Below, piece by piece: positions 31,721-32,000 of a stretch of DNA of 32,000 nucleotides. The stretch is taken from NCBI RefSeq assembly GCF_000011805.1, contig NC_006840.2; one strand, given 5' to 3'. How positions within the stretch are numbered: position 1 is the stretch's first letter; every line of letters starts with the position of its first letter. The notes under the pieces are model-generated. The model searched no databases, was not told the origin of the DNA, and was given only the letters and a program-made list of their open reading frames with translations. Position numbers and translations under genes: made by a program. Source of the DNA: Aliivibrio fischeri ES114 (GTDB lineage: Bacteria; Pseudomonadota; Gammaproteobacteria; Enterobacterales; Vibrionaceae).

Positions 31721-32000
31721 TTAAACATTAGGAACAGCGATTTGACCATTAGTCAGCTGATCAGTATCAGCCTCAATGATTTCATCAATGTAAGTTTCTA
31801 CTGTTTGACCAACCATTTCGTCATCTTCCTTAAAGTAAGCAAGATGGAAAACAGCATCACCTTCATTAACTAAAGGTAAGGTTTGTTGACCAATAACAAT
31901 GCCGCCTTTATGTGCACGTAGTTCAATTTCACTATGGCCTAGTGGTGCGCTGATGTAAGCCAGAACTTGGCCTTTTTCAACTTGTTCACCCAGCGTTACT
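31721..32000 (-). CDS. C-terminal fragment of a succinylglutamate desuccinylase/aspartoacylase-like (AstE family) protein, truncated by window end
   Basis: Minus-strand translation from 31999: VTLGEQVEKGQVLAYISAPLGHSEIELRAHKGGIVIGQQTLPLVNEGDAVFHLAYFKEDDEMVG... stop at 31721-31723. Not in the ORF track (no start codon in window). Confidence 0.6.
   Translation of the reverse strand, partial: VTLGEQVEKGQVLAYISAPLGHSEIELRAHKGGIVIGQQTLPLVNEGDAVFHLAYFKEDDEMVGQTVETYIDEIIEADTDQLTNGQIAVPNV

Overview
Vibrionaceae-like chromosomal segment (Aliivibrio-type by protein feel; this is inference). Most of it is ordinary core genome: der (3' part), AlaX-like protein, yfgJ-like zinc ribbon, xseA, guaB, guaA, an AbgT-family transporter, tadA, mltF, purL, a SpoU/TrmH-family methyltransferase, a modular GH18 chitinase, a GreA/GreB-domain protein and the C-terminus of a deacylase-like protein. 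The most interesting stretch is 13.1-20.9 kb. There, two copies of class III alcohol dehydrogenase (frmA/adhC), each in a 1236-bp direct repeat with only 3 differences counted by eye (all silent), flank a block of unrelated genes: a cysteine-rich exported protein, dsbA and a dicarboxylate/amino-acid symporter. One copy keeps the divergent LysR regulator and the other keeps the S-formylglutathione hydrolase. Upstream flanks are homologous but clearly diverged, which suggests gene conversion or recombination. A 7-copy heptamer array (GGGTCTA read on the minus strand, G-quadruplex-like) sits just past the stop codon of copy 2. A second coherent locus (9.1-13.1 kb) combines a YheO/DauR-like regulator, a CyuA-like cysteine desulfidase, RidA and a divergent amino-acid permease, with a cluster of TTGCAT/ATGCAA motifs between the divergent genes. 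No CRISPR, rRNA, tRNA, phage or obvious defence system was recognised. I did not find a convincing entirely new system; the candidates below are regulatory or structural leads.
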